Made by a program: the position numbers and the translations under genes. Below the pieces are notes generated by a model that was not told where the DNA came from, made no database searches, and worked only from the letters and a program-made list of their open reading frames with translations. From Iphione sp. A-MEVVRFRX5 (lineage: Eukaryota), in assembly GCA_976226885.1 (NCBI GenBank), contig OZ320321.1, positions 75,330,001-75,394,000 of the forward strand: a DNA stretch of 64,000 bases, given 5' to 3'. This document shows, one piece after another, positions 33,226 through 45,998 of the stretch (within the stretch, counting starts at the first letter, position 1; each line of letters starts with the position of its first letter).

Positions 33226-36200
33226 CTGCAAATTCAAAGTAATGTTTGATGTTTAATGAGTGAGTTTTTTTTAGTAAGCAGATTAGAATATATCATCATG
33301 CTATGAAAACACTAATATCAAATTACAAGTCATGTTATCCTTTTTTTATAATGCTTTAATTAATGGGCAAACTCTAAAAAGAAATACATGCCATTTGAAA
33401 TGTCAATTAGAAGCCTACTGGTTATGACCTAAGAACGACTCAAACTTCATATTTGATTTGTGGCTATAACATATAGAGAGAACAATAAGACTATGTAAGT
33501 GAATGATATTTACAATAGATAAAGAAAGAATTATATGCAGTAATCACATCACTTTCATATCAAGGGATGATCATCAATCATGCATAGTGCTATTTGTTGC
33601 ATATTGTGCCTTACATGTATTCACCCAGCTGATGGCACATAATAACCAAGGAGTTCTGCCCAGTTAAGTCAAGGTTTTCATCGCACATAACAGCAACACA
33701 GGAGCCTATAGAGTTACTGAATATTTATTTCTTATTGCATTATTTATACTGGTAGTAGTTTGATACAGGTCATGTAGGCCACCACTTCAAACCATTGGCC
33801 TTAGGACCCCACAGGTCCTTTACTTATCGAGATCCTAGATAGATCTCCTCATCCTATTGTCATTATGATTTCCTTTTGTGTCTATAGCCAGCTCTTACTA
33901 GAGTCTTACTGATGACTACAGATGATTGTCACATCCTTATCTATCAACCTTTTCACAGCACTGATGTTAAATCATATCCTCCAGCTTTTCATGTGGTGTG
34001 AGAGATGTTGACATGCCCTGATAGTTCAAATGCCCTAGGTGATACCTATTCATAAATATATGTAACAAAAGATTTCTTTTTTTCTCTTAGTGGTTTGCTT
34101 GACCTACATATCCCAATCTGTCGGTGAAGGTTAAGTCATGTTTAACTTAAAGTACAAGTATACAGTTTACCTTAACCTATAGCCTGAGCCAGCTAGTTAT
34201 TCTCCCTGAGCAAACCCAGTATACCACGTGTTTCCTTACTATGTGCATATAGTAAACACGATGTGCTTCTTTGAAACTTTGTTGCTAACTTAACCTTAAC
34301 CTCCTTGTTATAGCCTCACAATATACTTGACCAGCTCTACAAACTGTATGCTACCTACTTCTAATGAATGGATTTAATGGCAATGCAAGAATATAAGTGA
34401 CATTACCTACCAATGAGTATACAGGTGCACAATATGTGACTTCCTTTGGTGAAATGAGTCTACTGTCTTACTGGTAATAAATTAGCTAGAGGCTGCAGGA
34501 GTCACGAGTCAGCCTTTATATCACAATGTTCTAATTACTATAGCTAAATCTGTCGTATCTGAACATTGTTTTAAATATACCCCAATAGTATCTGCCAGTA
34601 TATTTTATCTTCTTTTAGAGTGATGCTCCATTTCATTATCCTTATGACTTTGTCACATTCCAAATGTTCACTTATGACTAAAAATGTCACATTTTCAAAA
34701 ACATATTCACATAAACAAACTTTGGTTAGGCTGTTCATGTGTGCCACATGCCAAACTTTGGGGAACACATCTCTCCTAATCAATACAGATCTAATATTTT
34801 ATGTGGATTACCAGACTCAATCTTCACCTGTTTCTGTGAGAAACTGTCACATAAAAACTTTCAAAGCTCAGACAAAGTCCACAAGCAGTAATTCTCAGAT
34901 CTAGGCAATCTAACCTAGGATGCTAACACCTATAAGGTAGCTGAGGACACAACATTAGTGAACTTGCTCTCTTGCATAGATTGTTTTACCTGGGAAGTTT
35001 GAAATTAGGCATTTAACTAATCTTTACCTACCTGTCCTTTGCAATATAACTCAGAATTATATTAGGCCTACAGTCAACAGTTCACCTATTGCATATTTAC
35101 CGATCATATGTGCAATCTGCATGTATAGGATAAGGACTTTGACCATGTACTAGAATGTTGATACCTGAGGTAAAACATCCCTTAAATGATGTCACTGATC
35201 ATAGGATTAATGCATATGATAAATGAATGAAATAAGCATTGAAATATGATTAATTTAGTCATGTAACTGATATCATATTATTTCTTATTAGTAGTTATTG
35301 TACATGTGCTATGGTTGAGGTGCGTGCCTCACATTTTATCTATGCTATATTACTCTATGAATCATATTATGTGAGTAAAAGCAGAGAAGTGTACATTTCC
35401 ACCCACATGAGACAATCCAATCTCTTTCTTGCAATTTATAGACCCCAAACAACTGTGATCTGTATCTAACCTTCTGGATAGTAATTTCTAGAAGTGAATA
35501 TGACGCTACACTGCGCATATCCCGAGGAGAACTAGGCCAACACCTTTTGTAAGACCCAGTGAACCGTAAAGGCAAAAAGCCGGTACACCAACGTCAGAAG
35601 GAAACAACAAAGCAAGTGTGTTAAAACAAGACATAACCAAATAACCACCAGTTTGTCATGGACAAAAAGCTATCAAAAACACAACAATAAATAGTGCCAT
35701 AATTACTGGTAGAATCCTAGAACAATACCACCAAAACCAACCACTAACCCTAAAACACCAACCAAGGAAAGACAGTGAAAACACCCCTTCCAAGAATGAA
35801 CACTACAATAATGCCCCAGCTGAAACGGGTGATTTCAGGGAGTTTCTGAATTGAATTAACCTGTCATTCAGAACTAATCACTCTCAACACTATTTTTTCA
35901 GAAACCAGCCACCAGAAGGATGAAGTGCAGACGATCCACTGGGTGAACTATCATCACTGTTGCATGGACAATGCCAACCAGCCATAGAGCCTCCAACACC
36001 CTGACAAACCTGCATCCTGGGGGACCAGGACCCTGGTTGTGGAGAAGAAGAAATGGCCAATCTGTCCCTTGAAGACAAGATGGATGACTACTCACATGAC
36101 AATCAAGTGCCAAAGAAAAAATTTGCCTTTGAATTCAATGCAACCGTCAATGAATTCAAAGCAACCATGTACTGCAGCCACAAAGGCCAACAAGAATAAT

Positions 36201-37527
36201 CAACCTCGAGGCAAGTACCACTCTGGACTATCCTATTGTAGATTCTCTAAGAACAAATATTGAGGACTCAATCAGACCGCTACGATCTTTATTTGACCCA
36301 TACAGAGAACGTAAAAGAGACCAAAGAGCCAGACCGCAGCCACAAATACTTAACCTACCAAAATACACACCTATGACAACAGGGAAAAAGAAAACATTTA
36401 ATGTCAGAAGGAAAAAAGACAAGAGTGAAAAAAACAAAAACGTCATGTAACACAAAGGCAAAAACAGACACCACACTATCAGATACTGCTATCCACACCA
36501 AGAACCAGCCATGGCTATGTACCCTATCACAAGCTTAAGTAGAGAGCCGGAACAGTGCTATGCCCCTCATGGCAGTCCAAGCACGCTGCACAGTAAGACT
36601 TTGTGAACCAATGTCTTGAAAACAGTTAAATTTTCAAGAGATCAATCCACACAAGCAGTGTATCAGGGTTTTATCATGATGACCCAGAGCTGCAAGGTCT
36701 CCTCTGTGAATTGAAAAAACATAATTCCAGAACTGAGATGTTACTAATAGCTGAGTCATTGAGAAAGTTAGGTACTAGGGCTGACATTGAAGCATATGCC
36801 GAGATAGCCAAGGTGGGGACAAAGATGACGGCTCAAAGAAATCAGCGACAGCGTCTACATGTAAGGGTGTATTGACAAATTGGAGAGGGAGATGAAAAAT
36901 GACCAGATAAGCAGACAGAACAACACAATGATGTCTGAACTATCAGATTCTCTTATAGCCCCTTTTCACCAGGTGGTCCAGGGTCACCTAGGAGGATCCG
37001 CCCCAAGAGTAGGCCTCAGGGGGACTGCCAACAGGAGGCCAGCAAACAGGGCCTCACAGACAAAGAGGCCAGCGAGAGACAGCTCAGCAGAAGCCCCAGA
37101 CAAGAAGAAGTCGATCTGTGTGAACAGAGAAGAATGTCATCGAGAAAATCCTGTACAGGAACCACTAGTGAGTATGGATATACCTTTAACCAATAGATTC
37201 TTTGTCCTCCAAAGTGTTGACATGGATACGAGTAAGGAATTACCAATCCATGAAAAAGAGTCAATACAAACTAAAACCTCTAGACCTAAAAGAAACGAAC
37301 CAACAACAAAAATACAGTCTGGCAGTGGTTTATGAGTAATGATATCCGTCAATATTTCAGAAAAAAATCAAAGACCAAAACTATAATCCACGAAAGGACG
37401 ATGCAGTGAAACAGCCACAAACCAGACTGAATTGGACCAACTTGACACAAATGATGACGGAGGAGCGCACAAACGAAAATCCTAATATAGACAAGCCACT
37501 AACACATCAAAAGTCTGCTTAATAAAC

Positions 37528-37790
37528 ATGTTGAACAACAACCACGAGTGTAAGGACAATGATTGTATATCGAAAATCATAATAAAAATATCAGAGATTG
37601 AAGAGGTCTCTAAGAAACCTAGGTTAAAACTGCTCTCCACAAACAACAAAGAAAAGAAACAAGTTATGAACATATTCATCACCACTTACCACCCAGAGAA
37701 TAAAGAAACGGAGAATACTGTCAGAAAAAACTGGCCATACATACAATGTTCACAAACTAAAAGGACATAAGCAAGGGAGGACTAATAATA
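37528..37790 (+). mobile_element. Penelope-like element linker fragment
   Basis: KPRLKLL..IFITTYHP..KNWPYI parallels DRLSLL..FYLINTHN..KYWPNL of the PLE at 45 kb. Upstream 35.5-37.5 kb is decayed coding-like sequence that could not be classified. Confidence 0.5.
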
Positions 37791-38329
37791 GTGACCAGCC
37801 ATGGGAAAAGGGGTATCCAGCACAAAAAATTACAGTGTAAAATAACCATTATTTGAGGCCAAAAATGAAGGAACTGGAAATCTAGTGATGAAAAACTCTT
37901 TTTGATCATTTTCCTGTAGAATCTGTTGCAAAAGTCAGTTTTTGTAAATTCTCATTACTTATTAAGTTATTCTAAGTCATGTGATCAGATATGTAAATGA
38001 GCTCATTTCCATATTTAAATGCATATATTAGGTTACATTAGTGGTAAAATTTGAAGATTAATTTAGATGCCTATATGATAGAGAAATATAAGAATCACCC
38101 TATCAAGAACTGAAACCTTTTCAAGAATATCTTTTCTAGAACAGATTCTGTGTAGGAACGAAAACTTAAGAATATTTTATATATTTTACAGCCTCTGAAA
38201 GTTCACACCATAGAGTGTCAAAACATGCAGTTGGCATTAAATTACATCTTTTTAAAAGGTTGGTTATATCAACTTTGAATTGAGATATCTCAGGATCTAG
38301 AAGGAGTATTTACACAATCTTTGCACCAA

Positions 38330-41090
38330 ATGATGACCAGGTTGATGTTTGTGCTATAATCGAGAGCTGGCTTAACGACACCTTCTCTGACAGTGCGGTA
38401 ATGCTGGATGGTTACTTCCATGTCTGTCAAGACCGGCCGGCAGGGGGGAAAAGGCTAGGAGGAGGAATTATTATCTACATCAGAGATGGTATCAAACTGC
38501 TTGATACTTACCAATATGAGTCAGCTGAGGGTCAATTAAAGGCGCTGGGGGTGAGGCTGAAAACAGGGAAGTGACGACCATTAGTACTGATAGCTGTGTA
38601 CCATCCACCATCACACAAGATCCAGGACTCTACCCGAGAGCTGAGCAGAATTCTGGACAGCGTTGGCCTAGGAAGGCATGAAGATGTTGCATTGGTAGGT
38701 GATTTCAACTTCGATTATTTGAAGGAAGGAAAAGCAGGCGCCAGTATTGCCAATGTGCTGGCAGGACGCGGCTTCTGCCAATTGGTAGACTGCAGTACAA
38801 TGGTGAGCGGTTCAAGTTGTCTGGACCAAGTGTGGCTGCGGGATGTAGGGCGGAGCACAGCGACTACACTCAGTTGGCTCATGAATGACCACCTACCTGT
38901 CCGGCTTCTGATGAAGAAAGACGGAGTGCCCCAGGTGACTGGAACGCGAATGAGTCGGCCTTGGGTAAGAATCAACATGGACCTCCTTCAAATGCAACTA
39001 AAGGATGCAGGACTATATTACAGTGATGATCCTGGTGCAGCTTGGTGTAGTTTTGAGGAGGCCCCGGTGAGAACCGCGCATGAGATGTGTCCCCTGAGAG
39101 CACTGCCCATACGGAGGGAGGAGGAGGTTTCTCACCATCACGGTGCACCTTGGAAATTATTCGAACTAGAGACTTCTTCTTCCAAGAATGGTGGAAGAAT
39201 CGTGACATTGACTTGTACCTGATCTTCCACTTCTATGAAGTACAGAGGATGCTGAAACGTGAGAGAAGGGTTTTCTGGCTGACTCTTGCACTAGAGGTGA
39301 GGAACGACAGTTCGAAGCTATGGCAGGTGCTGAACAATGTGCTGTGTCGGGGAAGGCAATCTGCAAAGTTACCTGACATAGAGGAAGGAGAAACAGGAAC
39401 CGGTGACTGCGACTCATTGCTAGTGGACAGATTTAACAATTTCTTCATGGAAGAGGCACTTGAACTAGTTAAACCCGTGAACTGTGCTGAAACCGAGTCT
39501 CACAAATGATGCGACCAACAGGTCGCTCCTGGGTTACCGAGTCTGTGTGACCTGAGACCCTTTGTCAAGGCTCTACCCTACAAAAAGGCATCTAGTATAT
39601 CGGATATACCGACTTGGATCTTGAACGAAGTGCTCTTGCGAAACCTAGACTGGGTAGCATGGCTTTTTGGGCAAATATTAACAATTGGAATGTATCCACC
39701 GACTTGGAAGATCACTCGAGTGACCCCACTATACAAGAGGGGGGATGCTAATGACCTGGTGAACTTCCGGCCCATCTCTATCTTGCCTCTGCCTGGTAAG
39801 CTGTTTGAGAAGTGGATGATGCGGATGAGGTTATGGGGCAGGTGGAGGCAAACAGGTACATCAGCCCTGTGCAGCATGGTTTCAGGCCTATGCACAGCAC
39901 GCAGACTGCCATAGTTGCAATGTTGCTACATGGCTGGGAAAAACTGAACACCGGACGCTACGTGTGTATTGTGGCGTTCAAAATGAAAAAAGCCTTTGAT
40001 TTGGTCTCACACTCATTGGTGGTAGCAAAATTGAAGGATGCAGGCACATCATCTGAGGTCTGTCACCTGTTCCAGGGTTACCTGTCCGATCATAAACAGT
40101 ATGTCAGGTGTAGAGGAGTGAATTCGGGGCTCTGGGAGCTGTGCCAAGGTGTCCCACAGGGCTCTGTGGTAGGGCCTTATGTGTTCAACCTAGTAATCAA
40201 TGGCATTACCAAGGTATTACAATTGGATGCTGAACCCATCCTCTACGCCCACAACTTGACAATCTTGGTGGATGTGGCTGACCTCCTGCACCTCAGGGGT
40301 GCTGTGCAGAGGTCAGTAGATGCAGTATTGAACTGGTGGTGGTCAGCGCCAGCAAATGCTCCTATATGCCAGTCTCCAAAGCAGCTGGAATCCCTTCGAT
40401 ATTCAACTAGCGGGCAACACCATGGCAATGGTAACCAAGATTAACCTACTCGGCTACGTGGTTGATGCAAACCTTAAGTTCAAGGAGAGCATGAGGAAGA
40501 TGTGGACAGCCTCCCTGAAAATTGGGCGCGCTAAGGGAGTCCTTCCAGTTGGAGCTCAGGTTAAGTAATTTAAGGCACTAGTGATCCCTCTTGTGTCCTA
40601 TGCGGCAGCACTGTACTATGGATCGAGTGAGGCTGATATCTGTAACCTACAAATCCACCAGAAGAGGTGCGCGTGTGTGGCCATACAATCTGGAGCATAC
40701 TTAAGCTCAAGGATGATGGAGGATAAGCTTGGCATAGAGCGAGTCAAGGATTTTGTGGAGTATAGGTGACTATTGGCAGTCCATCGGCAAATAAAACTGG
40801 GCCTCTTACCAGTGGACTGTGTCTCCAAAACGAGAGGAGGAAGCAGCAAAAGAGTGAAGATGGTGAAGACTCGATCAAGCCGCATCACGAAAACCCTGCG
40901 TTATAGGGGTGTCTTTAATTGGAACAGGCTGCCACCCAACCTGAAGGCTGAAGGGAAACCAGATCTATGAAGACACCTAAAGAGGTGACAACATGGGCAT
41001 GCTGTATCATGTTGAGGAGAAGGTGAGCGAACTAGTACCTATGGGGCCACGGCCTGTGGTAAGAGGCTCCAGTGACACAGAGCTACATTG
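38330..41090 (+). mobile_element. Decayed APE-RT LINE (L2/Crack/Daphne-like)
   Basis: ESWL, GGGIIIY, YHPP, GDFN, LDQVW, NDH; FRPISILP, QHGF, KKAFD, GVPQGS, YAHN; WNRLP C-terminus; many frameshifts. Confidence 0.88.
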
Positions 41091-41094
41091 ATCT

Positions 41095-41940
41095 AAATAT
41101 AAACCTAAAAGATTCACTGGTAAGAGCCTTATATATAGACTATGAAGAAAGATCACGAACTGACAAAAAAGGAACAAAAAATTAGTGCAGCAGAGGTAAT
41201 TGTAAATATTGCACCTTACTAAATAAGGGAACCTGATCAAGAATAAGAGTGCCTTGAGGTTATACACGACCAAGATAAAAATATCCTGCAACAGTAGCAC
41301 CATCATATACACCTTATCATGTGCCACATGCAACACGACTCACGCGGGACAAACCCAAGGAAAAAAAAATGACTGTGAGAACATCTATATGACATCAAGA
41401 AAAAGAAAGGAAAAAAATCTGATCACAGACCACTTCAACGAGGTACATGGATGGCAACAAAAACCTCAGAGTCAGTGTCCTAGAATTCATCCACCTATGA
41501 CCACAGAGTGATGGAGACAAAACATTAAAAAACAAACTAGAACAGACTTGGATAGATAGACTGAGAACAATAGCACTGCAAGATATAAACATAATGGATG
41601 GAGATTTGAGATTTGAGCCACTTATAGCCTCATCACAACCCCCCCTCCCCCAGCATAGCAGAATACTATGGCAGGGAGGAGTTTTTTTTTATCAAGTTAA
41701 TTCATTTTTGAATTCAACTAAGTAGCAAGCACAAACCCCCTCTCACAAGATTGTATTAAATCATTCGAAATTTAGTGCCTGATGAGACATTGTCGAAACC
41801 ATGTGATATGTAGTGGTTAACTAAATAATACATAAGGGAACATGGAACTGGTGTAGTGACACCTAAGTTCCATGGCAACCAAAAAATAAACAATGGAGGC
41901 AAAGAATGCTGGCCACTTGCTCGGTAGCACTCACAGGGAA
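41095..41940 (+). mobile_element. 3' fragment of a decayed Neptune-type PLE (GIY-YIG plus 3' UTR)
   Basis: NLKDSLVRA, CSRGNCKYC, ISCNSSTIIYTLSCATCN..GQT, HFNE; hammerhead core in the 3' UTR. Confidence 0.75.
41770..41931 (+). ncRNA. Minimal type I hammerhead ribozyme motif
   Basis: CTGATGA (41779-85), GAC-ATT-GTC stem II, GAAA (41795-98). Either local closure (ACCA/TGGT, ATTTAGT/ACTAAAT) or distal closure (ACC/GGT, A17 at 41926, AGTGC/GCACT). Confidence 0.65.
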
Positions 41941-41999
41941 AGGATTGTTATAAATGTCTTAAACCCATCATTATCTTCATTCTTGATTTCATCCATTTA

Positions 42000-42018
42000 A
42001 CTGATATATTTTGATGAA
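42000..42018 (+). repeat. Left target-site duplication of the PLE insertion
   Basis: ACTGATATATTTTGATGAA is identical at 45830-45848. Confidence 0.85.
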
Positions 42019-42047
42019 AAAAGTGTGGACGAGGTAGGTGGTTGTGT

Positions 42048-42360
42048 GCGCGACCACTTGTCAGACTAAGACTGACTGTTATGCTCAAAAACATTCCATC
42101 CCTATTGTGACATCACTGTATGGAGGTACTGTGATGTCAGCTTTGTCAAGGTTTCATGTGGGGAGGAACTGGTTGGGTGGCAACCAAAGTTGTTGATTCA
42201 ATATCTCTGGTCTTTTGTGGAAAACCGAAAAATATGTGACCATTTCCAGATTGTGCAATGGTCTCTATATTCTAAATTGATGTATATGTTATGGGGAAAT
42301 TGTTAGCATGGTTTTCTCACTCGTGCATAGTGGTTTTGACAAGATAGTCTCATCAGGCGC
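42048..42360 (-). ncRNA. Hammerhead ribozyme motif split by a ~270-nt loop III; G12 mutated
   Basis: GCGC-CTGATGA (42356-50), GAC-TATCTT-GTC stem II, AAAA (expected GAAA), ACCACT (42334-29) pairing with AGTGGT (42058-53), C17 at 42052 (GUC), then GCGC closing stem I. Confidence 0.68.
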
Positions 42361-42661
42361 CTATAGGTTTTGTTTTTGGCGATCCATATTGGTATTCGGA
42401 TGATAACATATCATCCCCGTGTGTGATTACTTTTCAGGGAGTCCCTGTAGTAGTTGTTGTCGCTGATACCCACCAGTTCATGGTATGCAGGTCAGCCTGT
42501 AGGGGCCTTCAGTTCACAGATAGTGAGCATTACCTGGTTTTTGAGCGTGGTCGGACCCAGCCTTGGAATGATGTTTTGTGGGGCTGCCGCTGAGATGGAC
42601 CACACAATGTGGAAAACAATCAGTGGTGTACGATGGGGTTGATTGTGTAGTCGACTCAGGA

Positions 42662-45016
42662 TTAGTCAATAGTATTCAGTCTCTCAGGGATCACAGTTTT
42701 TAGTCTATGGATCCATCTCCCTTCCAACCGTTCGCGGGCAGACCTATTGTCTGTGGTTGGGGGCATATGGAAAAATTCCAGAACCGAGATTTCAACACCG
42801 TCCCAGTTTAGCGGTTTGCCTGGTGGACAACTGTTGAAGTGTTGTGACACTGTTGTGTCTAGTTTGTGTGCGATGTCGTACTTATGGCTGCTGAAACGCT
42901 TTTTGATGCTGTTCATTGTTTGGCCGACATAGTTGATGCCACAGTAGTTGCATTTGATAAGATAGATCAGATTGTTACTGCAGCAGTTCATATTTATCTT
43001 AGTGGATACTGGTTTGTTCAATGACTTGATCAGTGTAGTTCCCTTTCGATTGATTTTTGGGCAATAGTTGCACTTCGTTGGGTTTTTACAAGGACACTGG
43101 CTGATGGTTGTTGCCTTGGTGGCGTTGCCTACATCCGGTATTTTTGCTCGGACCAGATAATCTCTCAAATTTTTGTTGCAGCGTTTCCCAAAAATTATCT
43201 CATTGTGGAGAAGTGTTTGGGTTGTTTTTGACTTGCCTAGGTTTGGCCAATATTTGTTGACAATCGATCTTACCGAGGGATTTTTGTTATTGTGAGTGTT
43301 GATCAGGTAAAATCTTTGATCTTTTTACTTTGTGTTTGTAGTGTGGTTTGCCATTGGAGAGAGCAGCGATAGTCTGTCCATATCAGATGCCTTCGCAAAG
43401 GAGTCCTCCAGTAGTGGTAGTGGATAACCCCTTTGTAGAAAGTGTTTGCACAGCATAGCACAATTTTTGATGAAGTCTGCTTCGAATGTGCATATACGTT
43501 TGACCCGTAAGAATTGAGAGTATGGGATAGCTTTAATGCTTGACTTTGGATGGTTAGAATTGTAGAGCAAAAAGCTGTGTGTGTCGGTCGGTTTCGTGTA
43601 CAAGTCGGTACTGAGTGTTCCTATTGGTGAAATGTGCACGGTCGTATCCAGAAAGTTCACCTTTTCTGTTGAGTGTTCTAAGGTAAGTTTGATTGTTGGG
43701 TGTACCGAATTGAGGTGTTCGGTGAAAGCATGTAGTGATGGTTCACCTTGTGTCCAAATGCAGAAGATATCATCTATGTATCTCTTCCAGATAATCGGTT
43801 GAAGTGGATAGGTATATACATATTTTTCTTCAAATTCGCCCATAAATATGTTTGCGAAAGATGGAGCTAGACGAGTGCCCATAGCAGTGCCGCCCACTTG
43901 TAAGTAGTGTTTTTTGTTGAAAATGAAATTGTTGCCTGACAGAGTGATTTGTAATAGTTTTAGGATGCTGTGGATGGATGGGTTGGAGTCTATGCGTCGG
44001 TGTTTCAAAAGTAGTTTTTGAACCGCATGTATGCCTTCTGTATTGGGTATGTTTGTGTACAAGCTTGTGACATCTAAAGTGGCTAGGATGGATCCCTTCG
44101 GTGCCACGTGAAGTTCAACTAGCATATGTAGAAAGTCGTTTGTGTCCTTTATGTAGGATTTTAGAGTGGGGACCAGGGGTTGTATGCAATGATCCACTAG
44201 TTGTGAGATTCGCTCTGTTGGACAGTCATTAGCAGATACTATCGGGCGTCCTGGCGGAGGAATCTTATTTTTATGGATCTTTGGAAGAAGATAAAAATAT
44301 GGGGTCCTAGGTTGTCTAAGGACTAGATACTTGGCAACCTCATTCGAAATTTCCTTGTTCGCCAACATAGTTGAGACTGTGTGTTGGACTATCTTTCGGT
44401 GATACTCGGTTAAGCTGTGAGGTACTAGTTTGTAGAAATTCTCGTCCTCTAGCTGTCTTTCCCCTTCCTCTATGTACATCTGTCTATCGAGTATAACTAC
44501 TGCAGAGCCTTTGTCAGCTTTCTTAATGATTATGTCGCTGCGCTTAGATAGGTTTCTGAGGGCAGTGAGTTCAGCCATCGTTAGGTTTTTGGTTTTTGAT
44601 AGTTTGATCGAAGCCTTTTCTAAATCATGGTTGATGTTAAAGAAGACATGTTCTAATAGTGGTGGGCCAGGGGGATTCCAGTCTTTTCGATTTTTGAACG
44701 AGTGATGATCGAAAGGTTTGGCAGTTAGTATATGTTCACAATTGTTATCCTCTGTTGGAGAATTGTCAGTGCGATTATATTCTAACCGCTGGAAAAAGAC
44801 ATGTCGTCTTACCCCCCTGAAAAAGTTCTCAAGGTCTTCTTTTAGGATACCTAAATCTGGCTCCTCTGGAGTGGGTACAAAGGTTAAGCCTTTGGAGAGT
44901 AGGCTGATCTCACTGTCTGTAAGTATCGTTTTGGACAAATTCACAACACTAGAGTTTTGAGAAACGACTTCATTGTTGTTAGAACGGTTAACATTGGTAT
45001 CAATAATGGTTGCAAC
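42662..45016 (-). pseudogene. PLE RT-GIY-YIG ORF with one nonsense change (GAA>TAA at 43325-43327)
   Basis: VVNLS, KGLTFVP, KADKG, FYLLPKIHK, GRPIVS, TLDVTSLYTNIP, GTAMG, RYIDD; CPC..KCNYC linker; NLIYLIKC..C...YVGQT. The inverted arm has GAA at the stop position. Confidence 0.9.
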
Positions 45017-45072
45017 CTGAAACAGGAACACAAGTTCATCATCAAAGAGAACCCCAGAAGGGCAATGTTCAG

Positions 45073-45835
45073 ATGGACAGACTATCGCTGCTCTCTCCAA
45101 CGGGAAACCACACTACAAACACAAAGGAAAAAGATCAAAGATTTTACCTGATCAACACTCACAATAACAAAAATCCTCCGGTAAGATCGATTGTCAACAA
45201 ATACTGGCCAAACCTAGGCAAGTCAAAAACAACCCAAACACTTCTCCACAATGAGATACTTTTTGGGAAACGCTGCAACAAAAATTTGAGAGATTATCTG
45301 GTCCGAGCAAAAATACCAGACGTAGGCGACGCCACCAAGGCAACAACCATCAGCCAGTGTCCTTGTAAAAACCCAACGAAGTGCAACTATTGCCCAAAAA
45401 TCAATCGAAAGGGAACTACACTGATCAAGTCATTGAACAAACCAGTATCCACTAAGATAAATATAAACTGCTGCAGTAACAATCTGATCTATCTTATCAA
45501 ATGCAACTACTGTGGCATCAACTATGTCGGCCAAACAATGAACAGCATCAAAAAGCGTTTCAGCAGCCATAAGTACGAAATCGCACACAAACTAGACACA
45601 ACGGTGTCACAACACTTCAACAGTTGTCCACCAGGCAAACCGCTTAACTGGGACGGTGTTGAAATCTCCGTTCTGGAATTTTTCCATATGCCCCCAACCA
45701 CAGACAATAGGTCTGCCCGCGAACGGTTGGAACGGAGATGGATCCATAGACTAAAAACTGTGATCCCTGAGGGACTGAATACTATGGACTAATCCTGAGT
45801 CGACTACACAATCAACCCCATCGTACACCACTGAT
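45073..45835 (+). repeat. Inverted arm: plus-strand duplicate of the PLE linker/GIY-YIG region
   Basis: Reverse complement of ~42619-43388; roughly 15 substitutions counted by eye over ~760 bp. Confidence 0.92.
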
Positions 45836-45848
45836 ATATTTTGATGAA
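45830..45848 (+). repeat. Right target-site duplication of the PLE insertion
   Basis: Identical to 42000-42018; the first 6 nt (ACTGAT) also match the element. Confidence 0.85.
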
Positions 45849-45865
45849 TATGAATTATGCTTTAC

Positions 45866-45998
45866 CTGGAAAGGCTTTTTCACACACTGCTTTAATTTCC
45901 ATGAATGAGCAGTTTTCCATGATAGGATCAAATTCGAATCTCTTGCTGATCCTTTCACTTCCAAAATAGTAAGCATCAATAAATGGCTCATAGAACAC
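45866..45998 (-). CDS. Host gene coding exon 2, sulfotransferase-like P-loop protein
   Basis: tttttag|GTG TTC...CCA G|gtaaag; VFYEPFIDAYYFGSERISKRFEFDPIMENCSFMEIKAVCEKAFP; phase 0/1. Confidence 0.92.

Larger units (their letters stand above)
42019..45829 (-). mobile_element. Neptune-type Penelope-like element, 5'-truncated, with an inverted copy of its 3' region (head-to-head)
   Basis: Minus-strand RT plus GIY-YIG; plus-strand arm ~45073-45835 mirrors ~43388-42619; bounded by a 19-bp TSD. Confidence 0.93.

Noticed and set aside
35500-37500. N-terminal half of a PLE or a LINE ORF1
   Set aside because: Coding-like, with IPLTNRFFVLQ and DFREFLN snippets, but motif order is not canonical and no RT core is present; left unclassified.
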